This document shows, piece by piece, positions 7,401 through 16,395 of a stretch of 43,872 bases of DNA. The DNA lies in IMG/VR virus record IMGVR_UViG_3300045988_074520. The stretch is one strand, 5' to 3'. The notes beneath the pieces were generated by a model. It saw only the letters and a list, made by a program, of their open reading frames with translations. It ran no database searches and had not been told where the DNA came from. The position numbers were made by a program, and so were the translations under genes. This DNA is from a virus. The number at the start of each line of letters is the position of its first letter. Position 1 is the stretch's first letter.

Positions 7401-8828
7401 CTATTCTTCCGCAAACAGCCGTTTTTCATCCGGTTGTGCCTCATCTACCATTGCCTTTGCATCCTCCTCGGTCATGCCCTCAAATTTTACAAAATAAAAC
7501 CACGCCGGGACTTTGCCTTGCATTACATACTGCCACCAACGGCTACGGTCTGCCTCCCGGTCGTAAAGGATATCACCAAAGTCATAGGTAACATCATATG
7601 GTCCGACAGGTGACAGTCCGTACAGATCCGCATACACATTAAGGGCATATATCGTATAATCAAGGCATGACTCCAACTTGTCTCTCACATCTTTGACAAA
7701 CTGCACTGTGCGCTGCTGATCCGCTTCCACGCCTGTAGCCGTCTGGATGCCGGAGGACTCATTAAAAACAAAATATCCGTTTGCAAATCCAGCTTTATAG
7801 CCTATCTGGCTTAACAGGTTGTTGATGCCCTTGATTCTGGTATCGGTGTTAAGCTGTGGGTTAATCTCCTGGAAAAACTCCTTTGTATCGTTGCCGAATA
7901 CATTCTTAACATAGTGTGGAAGCCCAACCGCGTCCGCCGGGCCACGGTGTTTTATCTTCTGCCCGCTCTCACACATCAGCCTGTCGTCTGCCAGTATGAT
8001 CTTCTGGCTGTCAAATATCTCTCCCGCATTCCGGCTGTATGCTATATCCAAATCTTCCAGCTCTTTCAATGCCTCGCGGAATATCGGCAGACCAAGTGGG
8101 GACGATATATCTACGTTATTAGCCTGAGGAGTGCGGAAGATGCCAAACATCGGCTTGTCCAGCGGCTCCCCGGATGCTTTAAGAATCGGCGGCGTGTCCT
8201 CCAACATATCAGCCCATTTCGTCTTCGTCAGCGGCACCGGATCACCAAGGCTCTCAGCAGATTTAGAAACGTATGCCCGGTTACTCACATAGTAGGGGTA
8301 GAGCGTCACGCCATCCTGTACCGTCTCCATAAACCTGTGATACTCCAGACGGGTGTACCATTTCTTCCCGGACTGGTAGCTGTCCTTGAAGATGATGCCG
8401 CGCACATCCAAGTTGTCATAGTCAACAAGCAGCACGTCCGCCGGGGTGAATACATCCAGGCTTGTGCCGTTTGGCTTTAAAAACACGGTTCCGTATGCGC
8501 ATCCATACTCTACCCAGTCGCGGAGTTTTGAATAGACAAGGTCTATCTGCTGCTGCAACCACGTTGCCCGGGTGCTGCCCTCCAGATGTATTCCGATACC
8601 CAGTGTTGCCAGGCGGGCAGTTTCGGAGCAAAGAGCCTTTGCAAAGTTGATAGTCTTAATACCCTCATCATCGTCCAACCACTCCGGCTGACCGTGGTAT
8701 ATCTTTGCACACTGATCTATAGCCTTTTCCATCTCCGGAGATACTATAGATTCTACATTAAAGGCATCCTCTGCCTGGCGTTTAAATATCATGCTAAACC
8801 ACCTTTTTATCGTTGATAAGATTCCCAT
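7401..8828 (-). CDS. Portal protein (SPP1 gp6-like)
   Basis: 475 aa, immediately after TerL with a TAATG overlap. Sequence pattern typical of siphovirus portals. Confidence 0.85.
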   Translation of the reverse strand: MGILSTIKRWFSMIFKRQAEDAFNVESIVSPEMEKAIDQCAKIYHGQPEWLDDDEGIKTINFAKALCSETARLATLGIGIHLEGSTRATWLQQQIDLVYSKLRDWVEYGCAYGTVFLKPNGTSLDVFTPADVLLVDYDNLDVRGIIFKDSYQSGKKWYTRLEYHRFMETVQDGVTLYPYYVSNRAYVSKSAESLGDPVPLTKTKWADMLEDTPPILKASGEPLDKPMFGIFRTPQANNVDISSPLGLPIFREALKELEDLDIAYSRNAGEIFDSQKIILADDRLMCESGQKIKHRGPADAVGLPHYVKNVFGNDTKEFFQEINPQLNTDTRIKGINNLLSQIGYKAGFANGYFVFNESSGIQTATGVEADQQRTVQFVKDVRDKLESCLDYTIYALNVYADLYGLSPVGPYDVTYDFGDILYDREADRSRWWQYVMQGKVPAWFYFVKFEGMTEEDAKAMVDEAQPDEKRLFAEE

Positions 8829-10387
8829 TATGCACTATTCCCCCGTCTCTCCCACAGCGATTCCGTAGCGTAACGGGTCGCATCAATTAAATGATTGTCC
8901 CGGTCTGGATAGCCGCTTATGATATTGCCATCCTTATCCCGGTCGTATTCGTATTTCTTAAATTCTTTGCATGCTTCCGGTGTTCGGTTCGGGTCCATAA
9001 CCAGTTTCTTTCCCTGTAGCCACTTCATGGAGTATTCAACGCTCCCCGGGCCTTTCTTTGCCGCTCTTGCTGGCAAACCATCGTCTCTGTAATCTGTCAC
9101 AGATTTAGGCTCTGCGCTGTCGCAAGTTATAACGTAGTCATCATATCCGCGCCGCTTTATCTCCGCAGATGTCCAACTGTTTTTCTTTTTATTCTCGCGA
9201 ATTTCGTCAATAAAGAATATAGTTTCACGCGCTGAATCGTAATATATGCGCACAAACGCATACGGATCTGGATACCATCCCCAGTCAACGCCCTGATAGA
9301 TGCGGTCCATCTGGCTGATTTCTTCATCAGTGATCGTCCGTTCTTCGATAAATTCAAAGACATTGCCGCCGTTTCCGTTGGCTTCGCCCATGTACTCGTT
9401 TTCGTAGGCAGCAGGATTTACCTCTTTCAGATGCTCGGCATCATTGATGAACTGTTCACCCAGCCATTCTGCCGGGACATCCTTATATGTGCTTCGGACC
9501 ACCTTTGCAGCAGAATCCTTGAACTCTGCTTCCGTGGTGTACTCATTCGCCCAGTTGTTTTTGCTTCTTGGCGGGTTGAAAGACTTAAACCTATACGCCT
9601 TGTCACCGCCACGGATAGCTGACTGCTGTATGTTTCTGACCTCTTCCGGTCCGGCGAACTGATCCAGCTCCTCAAACCACACGATACCGATGTAGCCAAA
9701 CTCCGGCTTTATGGACTTAATCTTAAGCGGATCGTCAGCGCCGCGGAAGTATATCTTCTGCCCGGTTGGCTTGTAGGTTATCTCAAATGGAGAAGTCTTG
9801 AACCTAAATTCTTCCTCCAGCCCCATCTTCGATATAGCCCACTTAATCTGCGCATACACGGAATCCTTGATAGTGTTTCCAACCTTACGTAGCACCAGGG
9901 CGTGCATATCTGAGTGGTTTTTCAGTAGCTCTATGATAATGCACGAAATCCCGGAAGACTTCGTACTACCGCGTCCGCCGGGCAAAACATATTCTGTGTG
10001 TAGTCCGCTTCGGATGTCACGCACCATCGGGTGAAACACATCGGCTATGATATCAAGGTCAAGGTGGTACTCACCCGCCGCTCTGGCGGCTTCTGATACT
10101 GCAGTAAGTTGCTCCCACTTTTCGACAGCTAACATGTTCCCTTTTAATGCGCTCCTATATACAGAAGCTGCAACAGCTGCGTTGTTGTCAGCGTTCTCCT
10201 CATCAATTCCAAGCTGTACCAGTTTTCTTTTTACATTATCAGGAGCCGGGTTATCTGCAATCATTCTGGCAAGCTCTGAAAGCGTCTTTTTTTTTCGGCG
10301 TGCCTGTCCGGATTTTTTTCCGCCCTTGGACTGTTCATCGACAGTTAGCTTATGTGCTCCTGCGATTAAGTTTTTCTCGTTTGCCAT
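8828..10387 (-). CDS. terL: Terminase large subunit (PBSX/Terminase_3-like) with a basic N-terminal extension of about 100 aa
   Basis: Walker A-like GGRGSTKS, nuclease-half motifs, 519 aa. The N-terminus KGGKKSGQARRKKKTLSELARMI is HTH/TerS-like. Confidence 0.85.
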   Translation of the reverse strand: MANEKNLIAGAHKLTVDEQSKGGKKSGQARRKKKTLSELARMIADNPAPDNVKRKLVQLGIDEENADNNAAVAASVYRSALKGNMLAVEKWEQLTAVSEAARAAGEYHLDLDIIADVFHPMVRDIRSGLHTEYVLPGGRGSTKSSGISCIIIELLKNHSDMHALVLRKVGNTIKDSVYAQIKWAISKMGLEEEFRFKTSPFEITYKPTGQKIYFRGADDPLKIKSIKPEFGYIGIVWFEELDQFAGPEEVRNIQQSAIRGGDKAYRFKSFNPPRSKNNWANEYTTEAEFKDSAAKVVRSTYKDVPAEWLGEQFINDAEHLKEVNPAAYENEYMGEANGNGGNVFEFIEERTITDEEISQMDRIYQGVDWGWYPDPYAFVRIYYDSARETIFFIDEIRENKKKNSWTSAEIKRRGYDDYVITCDSAEPKSVTDYRDDGLPARAAKKGPGSVEYSMKWLQGKKLVMDPNRTPEACKEFKKYEYDRDKDGNIISGYPDRDNHLIDATRYATESLWERRGNSA

Positions 10388-10415
10388 GCAATCAGCTTCT
10401 CACCTTTCTTTTTCT

Positions 10416-11543
10416 TCAACGGACCAATTCTGCTTTGTTACCCGTAAACTTTTCCCACCTATCCACTATGACATCACAGTAAGCAGGATCATACTCCATT
10501 ATTCTGCATTTTCTTTCCATCTGTTCGCATGCAATCAGCGTTGATCCGGAGCCGCCGAACAAATCAAGCACGATGTCGCCGCGCTCTGTTGTGTTTCGTA
10601 TCGCAAACTCGGACAACTTAACTGGTTTTTGCGTTGGATGCACATAACTGGACGATGAATCTTTTTTGATGGTCCATACTGACCCTATTCTTTTTCCTGT
10701 TAATTCCTTACCATTGCTTGCGCAAAGTATAACTTCATAGTCTGTGCTAAAAGTGTGTTTTAAATCTCCAATTCCACCGCCGCCCTTATTCCAGATAATC
10801 ATGTTGGTTAGCTCATGATATTTTTTAAAAAGCGGCAGCCATTTATCAAGAACTTTCCACGTTGTGCATACGAATACAAAGCCATTACATACTAACTGTA
10901 TATTTGGGAAAAAGTCTAATATCTTATCATCATTTTCGATAACATCAAATTTTTTACTTTTATTTCTCGCATTGCTCTGATACTCATATCCATAAGGAGG
11001 ATCCGTGAAGCACATATCTGCTTTTTCATCTTGCATCAGTTTTTCGACATCTGTTGTGCACGTGCTATCACCGCACAAAAGAACATGCCCTCCCATTTTC
11101 CAAATATCGCCCTTTTGTGTTACTGGTTCTTTTGGTTTTACAGGCTCGTAGCCGTCCTCTTCAACTTCTTTCTCTTCTTCCAGTACCTCAAAGCCGAAGT
11201 CAGTCATGTCAATATCGAATATTTCTTCCAGTTCTTCATTGAGCAAATCTATGTCCCATTCTGCTTGTTCCGCGACCTTGTTGTCTGCCAGCCGAAATGC
11301 TTTTATCTGCTCATCCGTAAGGTCATCTGCGATAATGACCGGGACAGTATTTATACCAAGTTTTTTGGCAGCTTTATATCTGGTATGCCCCGCAACAATG
11401 ACATTGTTTTTATCAATAATTATCGGAACTTTAAACCCAAACTGTTTTATGCTTTCTGCTACATATGCTACAGCACTGTTGTTTTTGCGAGGGTTTTTCT
11501 CATATGGCCTTATGTCTTTTATGTTAATTTCTTTTACGTTCAT
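10416..11543 (-). CDS. ParB-like N-terminal domain fused to a beta-class N6A/N4C DNA methyltransferase
   Basis: The ParB/Srx pattern is IRPYEKNPRKN...VIVAGHTRYKAAKKLG. TDPPY (motif IV) precedes FGGSGST (motif I). Confidence 0.85.
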   Translation of the reverse strand: MNVKEINIKDIRPYEKNPRKNNSAVAYVAESIKQFGFKVPIIIDKNNVIVAGHTRYKAAKKLGINTVPVIIADDLTDEQIKAFRLADNKVAEQAEWDIDLLNEELEEIFDIDMTDFGFEVLEEEKEVEEDGYEPVKPKEPVTQKGDIWKMGGHVLLCGDSTCTTDVEKLMQDEKADMCFTDPPYGYEYQSNARNKSKKFDVIENDDKILDFFPNIQLVCNGFVFVCTTWKVLDKWLPLFKKYHELTNMIIWNKGGGGIGDLKHTFSTDYEVILCASNGKELTGKRIGSVWTIKKDSSSSYVHPTQKPVKLSEFAIRNTTERGDIVLDLFGGSGSTLIACEQMERKCRIMEYDPAYCDVIVDRWEKFTGNKAELVR

Positions 11544-11611
11544 AAAATCCCCCTTGCAGCTTTCTTTGTATCTGGTTAAGGTTCATACTATCACCCTATT
11601 TTCATTTTATT

Positions 11612-11656
11612 TCAATTAAAATAAAGGTGTATCACCGCTTTGTGATGATACACCTT
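11612..11656 (-). terminator. Intrinsic terminator separating the early region from the ParB-MTase/packaging operon
   Basis: 11-bp stem AAGGTGTATCA (11624-11634) / TGATACACCTT (11646-11656). On the minus strand it is followed by TATTTTAATT. Confidence 0.65.
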
Positions 11657-11725
11657 GTTGGTTACCATTATATTCTTATACGCTCTCCTCATTATTGTCC
11701 TGCCAGAAACATGCAGAATAACAGT

Positions 11726-11998
11726 TTACTTCCACGGCATTTCCTTTTTTACCTCGCCATAAACCACCTGGCCTTTGTGCTCTGCAAAGACAAACGCCTT
11801 ATTCTGACATTCACATTCAAATTTGATTTCTATCATGTACCCACCTTGTCTCGTCCCTGTTTCTTCTGGAGAAAGATCTAAAAAATGAATATGTGAATAA
11901 TAAGCCCCACATTTCGGACATTTCGCCATCTTAAATTTTCCACAAAAACCATTCAATACATCACTTATTTCTCTTCTCACGCTATCGCCTAAAATCAT
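11726..11998 (-). CDS. Small zinc-ribbon protein (90 aa)
   Basis: GAGAGGAAATAT RBS before ATG at 11998. CPKCG...CEC motifs. Confidence 0.55.
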   Translation of the reverse strand: MILGDSVRREISDVLNGFCGKFKMAKCPKCGAYYSHIHFLDLSPEETGTRQGGYMIEIKFECECQNKAFVFAEHKGQVVYGEVKKEMPWK

Positions 11999-12027
11999 AT
12001 ATTTCCTCTCAATCTTAATCCTATAGA

Positions 12028-12672
12028 TTAATCCAATGGTCCTGTCGGCTTCTCGCAACGCTCAAACTCAATTACCCAAACCCGCGGGTTCGCCGCCCAC
12101 CCATATAAGTTACGATCCGCTTTTTTAATGGTGCTATCCCACAAAATTGCAAATGGTATATCATAATGTCTTTTTAACTCATCAGAGCTTTGAATCAAAT
12201 CCATAGTAAGACCGGTAGTTCCCTCTTTTACAACCTGTTCAGCTGTTATATCCTGCAACCGTTCCACCCTCACATTCTTAACCTTTAGCCAAATTCGTGC
12301 TGCTTCTTTCGGCATGTGAATGGATGGGTGCCATATATGGCTATCATTTTCAAAGCCACTTTCAGCTATCTTATCTGCTCTAAAAACATACTGTTTTTCT
12401 GAATTTAATGAAATCGGATGTCCCCATGTTTCCCGAACATACAGGATATCTTCCAGCTGATATGGCGATCTTCTTTCCGTCTCCAACGGATAACCACATC
12501 TTGCACAGTATACATTTTCTGCCATCTTGTCGTATATGTACTCATTATGCACATACTTGCAATGTGGGCATTCTTCCCACTGTGGCTTTATTACTCGCCG
12601 TGTGCAAGTCTTTCTTCCGTCCAGGATTGCCCGCACCATGTCTCCGTTAAACAGAATCGGTCGTATTCTCAT
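12028..12672 (-). CDS. ASCH-domain-like phage protein with inserted Cys4 zinc ribbon
   Basis: N-terminus PILFNGDMVRAILDGRKTCTRRVIKP is the common phage ASCH-type signature. CPHC...CARCG insert. Confidence 0.6.
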   Translation of the reverse strand: MRIRPILFNGDMVRAILDGRKTCTRRVIKPQWEECPHCKYVHNEYIYDKMAENVYCARCGYPLETERRSPYQLEDILYVRETWGHPISLNSEKQYVFRADKIAESGFENDSHIWHPSIHMPKEAARIWLKVKNVRVERLQDITAEQVVKEGTTGLTMDLIQSSDELKRHYDIPFAILWDSTIKKADRNLYGWAANPRVWVIEFERCEKPTGPLD

Positions 12673-12829
12673 TTTTGTCACTCTCCCACACACATCTTTT
12701 CATTGCTCCCATGATTATGCTACAAATCTGGTTGTATTCATCACGGGTAAGAATACACCCGCTTGTGATATCACGAATGAGTTCCCGCAGTTTCCGGCAC
12801 TCCACTGTCGTTATTGTGTTCTCTTCCAT
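12647..12829 (-). CDS. Small hypothetical protein (60 aa)
   Basis: TTAAGGAGCAATA RBS before the ATG. Confidence 0.5.
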   Translation of the reverse strand: MEENTITTVECRKLRELIRDITSGCILTRDEYNQICSIIMGAMKRCVWESDKNENTTDSV

Positions 12830-12838
12830 TATTGCTCC

Positions 12839-13876
12839 TTAAATCTGTACCATTTCCCGGACATCTCTCAGCGTTTTTGGCGTTGATTGGGCATAATACA
12901 TGCTTGTCACCGCCGGACTGGCATGTCCAAGAATTTCCTGTATGATACCAATGTCCACTTTCCTATTCTTCAAATTCATTCCTAACGTTTTGCGCATCTT
13001 ATGTGGATACACGGCGCTTTTCACATCCGCCCGCGCTCCAACATTTTTAATGATCGTGCGGAATCCGCACACGCTCATCTGACCGTATGGCTTTCTGGAC
13101 TGGGGGAACATGAATGGGCTGGCATCCGTCCGGCTCTCAAGATACATGCCGTAGTAGTACCGTGCATCATCATCCAGATACAGCGTGCGGTATCTACCGC
13201 CTTTTTCTCCCTCGATCAGAATATCTCCGGTCTCAAGATTGACCTGTTCGGTTCTGATCTCTGAAATCTCACCTACACGCGCGCCGGTGCTTCGGAATAC
13301 TTCAATGATGGCACGCTCTCGAACGTTCTTGCACGCATCCCGCATATGGATGATCTCGGTTCGGCTGAAATAGTCTATAGGCTTAAGCGCAACCTTTTTC
13401 GGCTCTGTGGCTTCCACCGGGTTCTCATCAATGATCTTTGCTTTCCGCATCCAAGTGTAAAACGCAGACAGGAAGCGGCGCTCATTGTTGTATGTGGTGT
13501 TTTGCACTCTAGGGCCTTTTGTACCCGGCCGCTTTTCATACTGTGCAAGATACCACTCAACATCAAAGGTATCTGCCTTATCAAGCGGCTTTCCGATCAT
13601 CTCTGCGAAATGCTTTACCGTACGCACATATCCGCCCAGTGTAGCTTTCTTGAGCGCACGCTTCTTAATCTTAAAAAGCTCAATGAGATATGCGTTTCGC
13701 TGCTCTGCGTCAGTTTTCCACTCCGCCGGAAGTGAGCAAATCTCCTGTAAATTAACCTTTGTAAGCTCGCTGGATATCACGCTATCCAGAATAGCAATCG
13801 TGTCCTGATCTGAAATGTAAATCGACATGGCGACAACAATGTTGTCAATGATTTCTCTTTTGATATTCTGGCCCAT
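12839..13876 (-). CDS. Second tyrosine recombinase (XerC/XerD/integrase family)
   Basis: AGAGGGAGGATTACT RBS before ATG at 13876. The C-terminal catalytic pattern is GARVGEI...HKMRKT...ILGHASPAVTSMYY. Confidence 0.8.
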   Translation of the reverse strand: MGQNIKREIIDNIVVAMSIYISDQDTIAILDSVISSELTKVNLQEICSLPAEWKTDAEQRNAYLIELFKIKKRALKKATLGGYVRTVKHFAEMIGKPLDKADTFDVEWYLAQYEKRPGTKGPRVQNTTYNNERRFLSAFYTWMRKAKIIDENPVEATEPKKVALKPIDYFSRTEIIHMRDACKNVRERAIIEVFRSTGARVGEISEIRTEQVNLETGDILIEGEKGGRYRTLYLDDDARYYYGMYLESRTDASPFMFPQSRKPYGQMSVCGFRTIIKNVGARADVKSAVYPHKMRKTLGMNLKNRKVDIGIIQEILGHASPAVTSMYYAQSTPKTLRDVREMVQI

Positions 13877-14004
13877 AGTAATCCTCCCTCTTGCAGAATC
13901 TGCAAAGGTCTGATACAATGGGCCTAAGCAGATTAGGTAAGTGGTGGAATCATCTTGGCGGGTGTCCACCACTTGTTTTTATGTTCCATAATCCTTATAT
14001 CTCC

Positions 14005-14304
14005 TTACTTGTATTTCCACAGGCCGAAGAGTTTCAGCCTGTGATAAAACTCTGCTTTGACTTTTCTCCGATATCCGTAAAAATCATCGGTCTTGGCCGG
14101 AATGTCCCGGCCTTTTCGTAAAAGACTGTAATACCCGGCTTCTTTCGGATCCTTTGCCGTCAAGCTCTCATATATTACTATCTCCATGCCGGGAGCCTTT
14201 GATATTGCGCATCCGAAAAGGATAAGCTTTATCTCAGGATCCTGGCTGCGACAGTAAGTGTCAAGCTGGGATTCGTCCTCTTTGGGTACGTCATAATCAA
14301 TCAT
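14005..14304 (-). CDS. Hypothetical protein (99 aa)
   Basis: AAGGGAAGCAAAG RBS before ATG at 14304. Confidence 0.5.
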   Translation of the reverse strand: MIDYDVPKEDESQLDTYCRSQDPEIKLILFGCAISKAPGMEIVIYESLTAKDPKEAGYYSLLRKGRDIPAKTDDFYGYRRKVKAEFYHRLKLFGLWKYK

Positions 14305-14620
14305 CTTTGCTTCCCTTGTTCTCATCCTCTGGCTCCATTTCTGGTATGATCTTGATTCTACTCAAATCATACCGGCTGTTAAGTAACTGAGTCCTCACCT
14401 TTTCATATTCCAAAGATAACCTGCGCATTTCTTTCGCCAACGGCTTGCTGTCTACTGCCTTAAATTCATACTCGCCGTAAAGCCGTAAGCCATTCCTGGC
14501 ATATACGCCAACAGTTCCCTCTTTGCATTTAAGCATGCTTGCAATCTCTTTTGCAGTGTGTATTCCAATAAACTGCTCGTTCTTCTTAACGCTGTAAATT
14601 GTTACTGCCGTGTATCTCAC
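14297..14620 (-). CDS. Hypothetical protein, possible HTH; start uncertain (GTG at 14620 lacks an RBS)
   Basis: ORF fits the operon phase. TAKEIASMLKCKEGTVGVYARNG looks HTH-like. Confidence 0.4.
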   Translation of the reverse strand: MRYTAVTIYSVKKNEQFIGIHTAKEIASMLKCKEGTVGVYARNGLRLYGEYEFKAVDSKPLAKEMRRLSLEYEKVRTQLLNSRYDLSRIKIIPEMEPEDENKGSKDD

Positions 14621-14630
14621 CTACTAAATT

Positions 14631-14978
14631 TCAGTTTTCTTCATCACGGATATATACACCAATCTGTTCTCCAAGCCAGTCAAGTCCGTTTCTATTAAAC
14701 CAATAAGTTTTGAACTTTTCCCCGTGAGCTATATCTTCGCAACATTCCATGTATCCGGCATCAACCAATTTATCCAAATCAGTATCTTTTCCACAAAAAT
14801 AATTTCTAAATGGCTTATAATACCTCTTTCCATGACGGGTGTATAATCTCCGACCCACATGACCGGAGTTATATCCGATTGTATGCAATGCTTTCTGACG
14901 CATAGTGCAGTAGGTTACGGTTCTCCCATTTTCCTCGACTTTTACATATTCTTCTTTCGGTAGTTTCAATTCTCTCAC
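14631..14978 (-). CDS. Hypothetical protein (about 112-115 aa), non-ATG start
   Basis: The ORF fills the gap. AGAGGA lies next to GTG at 14978, with a TTG 9 nt downstream. Confidence 0.45.
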   Translation of the reverse strand: MRELKLPKEEYVKVEENGRTVTYCTMRQKALHTIGYNSGHVGRRLYTRHGKRYYKPFRNYFCGKDTDLDKLVDAGYMECCEDIAHGEKFKTYWFNRNGLDWLGEQIGVYIRDEEN

Positions 14979-14989
14979 TCCTCTAAATC

Positions 14990-15247
14990 TTAATTCACCA
15001 ATTCAAAATACCGCTCAAAAGTTTCTCTTAATACTTCAATCCACTGCGTTTTCTTAGGTGCAAACCGATCCAGTCTTACTGTTTCATCTCCTCCGCATAT
15101 TCTGTATTTGTCGTCAGTATCTTCTTGCCATTTGCTACCTTTCACTACAGCCATCATTTTCCCCGTTGATCGACCGTCCTCGTCATACTTTTCAATATAA
15201 AATGTTTCATTGCACTTATATTTTTTAATCATCATTACTCCGATCAT
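14990..15247 (-). CDS. Hypothetical protein (about 80-85 aa)
   Basis: ORF with protein-like composition. The start is probably an internal ATG after GGAG. Confidence 0.45.
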   Translation of the reverse strand: MIGVMMIKKYKCNETFYIEKYDEDGRSTGKMMAVVKGSKWQEDTDDKYRICGGDETVRLDRFAPKKTQWIEVLRETFERYFELVN

Positions 15248-15262
15248 TTAATAAATCTTAAT

Positions 15263-15397
15263 TTACTTTTTCTTCCCATCTGTCCGGCTACGCTTATGCC
15301 AGGCTCTCCGGCGCTGGATCCGCCCGTAGCGTTCCAGAAGACGGTCAATCTTTTCGGCTTTCTCTTTTTCAAGCAATATGAATTCCATAGTTCTCAT
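15263..15397 (-). CDS. Possible small basic protein (44 aa)
   Basis: My own translation gives MRTMEFILLEKEKAEKIDRLLERYGRIQRRRAWHKRSRTDGKKK. Weak RBS. Below the ORF-track cutoff. Confidence 0.3.
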   Translation of the reverse strand: MRTMEFILLEKEKAEKIDRLLERYGRIQRRRAWHKRSRTDGKKK

Positions 15398-15432
15398 CCA
15401 TCCCGGTATGGCTCCGCAGCTGCATCCGGATC

Positions 15433-15609
15433 TTAATCCGGATCATCTGAACCATCATCATCATTCCAATATTCTTCAAAGTTCTTCACTGACATCTGCA
15501 CAAATTTTTCATAAGCAGCCGCTTCCTCGTCAGTCAGTTCCTTATTAGCCACCCTTGGTGGTTCTAACATAACAATTCCATATTTGGCACGGATCTCTGA
15601 TCTGGTCAT
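15433..15609 (-). CDS. Small acidic hypothetical protein
   Basis: GGGAGGA lies 7 nt before ATG at 15609. Confidence 0.5.
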   Translation of the reverse strand: MTRSEIRAKYGIVMLEPPRVANKELTDEEAAAYEKFVQMSVKNFEEYWNDDDGSDDPD

Positions 15610-15611
15610 GT

Positions 15612-16187
15612 TCATTCCTCCCGGTACGGTTCCGGTAATGGCATCCAGGCCACCGGTTTTCCGATTGATTCACCGTTAAGCCTAATTACTGGGTCAACTT
15701 CCCATACTCCATCGACAGTCATTGCCGTTATCGCAAAATATTTCCCTCCATACCAATTCGTTAATACAAGTACGCGTTCCGAACTTTTTTCATACATTCC
15801 GACATCCCATCTGCTAGTTCCCTTTAATTTCAAAAAGCCAGAATTGAACTCTTTTGGCATTCGCTCAGATACCGGGATCCATCCCGTTTCTTTGCTTCCC
15901 ATATGCTTGATGATATCCATGACCTGGTCATACATCAGATCCAAGCCTATCTTAAACCAGCGTTCATTCTTGTATGGTTCAAGTCCGCCTAAGTCCTGAT
16001 GCGTATTCTCAACCTGACGTTTAATTTCTTGCACGCAATTTACACTTTTGCACTCACCAACGGCCTTTATGCAGTTCTGAATAGTATCATATGCTGAATC
16101 ATTCTGGCGCCTGCCATATATAGGTGCGTTCTGTAATGCGTAGTCATTCAGGCGGCTTATCAGTGCGTCTGCGTTAATCAGTCTCAT
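15612..16187 (-). CDS. DUF551-like domain phage protein
   Basis: GWIPVSERMPKE ... AWMPLPEPY pattern, characteristic of DUF551 C-terminal domains. Confidence 0.6.
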   Translation of the reverse strand: MRLINADALISRLNDYALQNAPIYGRRQNDSAYDTIQNCIKAVGECKSVNCVQEIKRQVENTHQDLGGLEPYKNERWFKIGLDLMYDQVMDIIKHMGSKETGWIPVSERMPKEFNSGFLKLKGTSRWDVGMYEKSSERVLVLTNWYGGKYFAITAMTVDGVWEVDPVIRLNGESIGKPVAWMPLPEPYREE

Positions 16188-16395
16188 TTTTTATCCCTCC
16201 AGCTTTTACGATGTTCTCCTTAACCATTATTACCTGCACCTGTTCTGCCGGAATATCCGCATACTCTCCGGTATCCAACATCACACCGTATACACCATCA
16301 TAGCTGCCGATCACGGTACCGCAGAATCTGTGATGCTTATGTTCTGCGCTCATGATTCTTACGCGGATATCAAAACCTTTTAAAAGCTTTATCAT
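16174..16395 (-). CDS. Small hypothetical protein (73 aa)
   Basis: TTGGAGGGGACGC RBS. ATGA overlap with the upstream gene. Confidence 0.5.
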   Translation of the reverse strand: MIKLLKGFDIRVRIMSAEHKHHRFCGTVIGSYDGVYGVMLDTGEYADIPAEQVQVIMVKENIVKAGGIKNETD

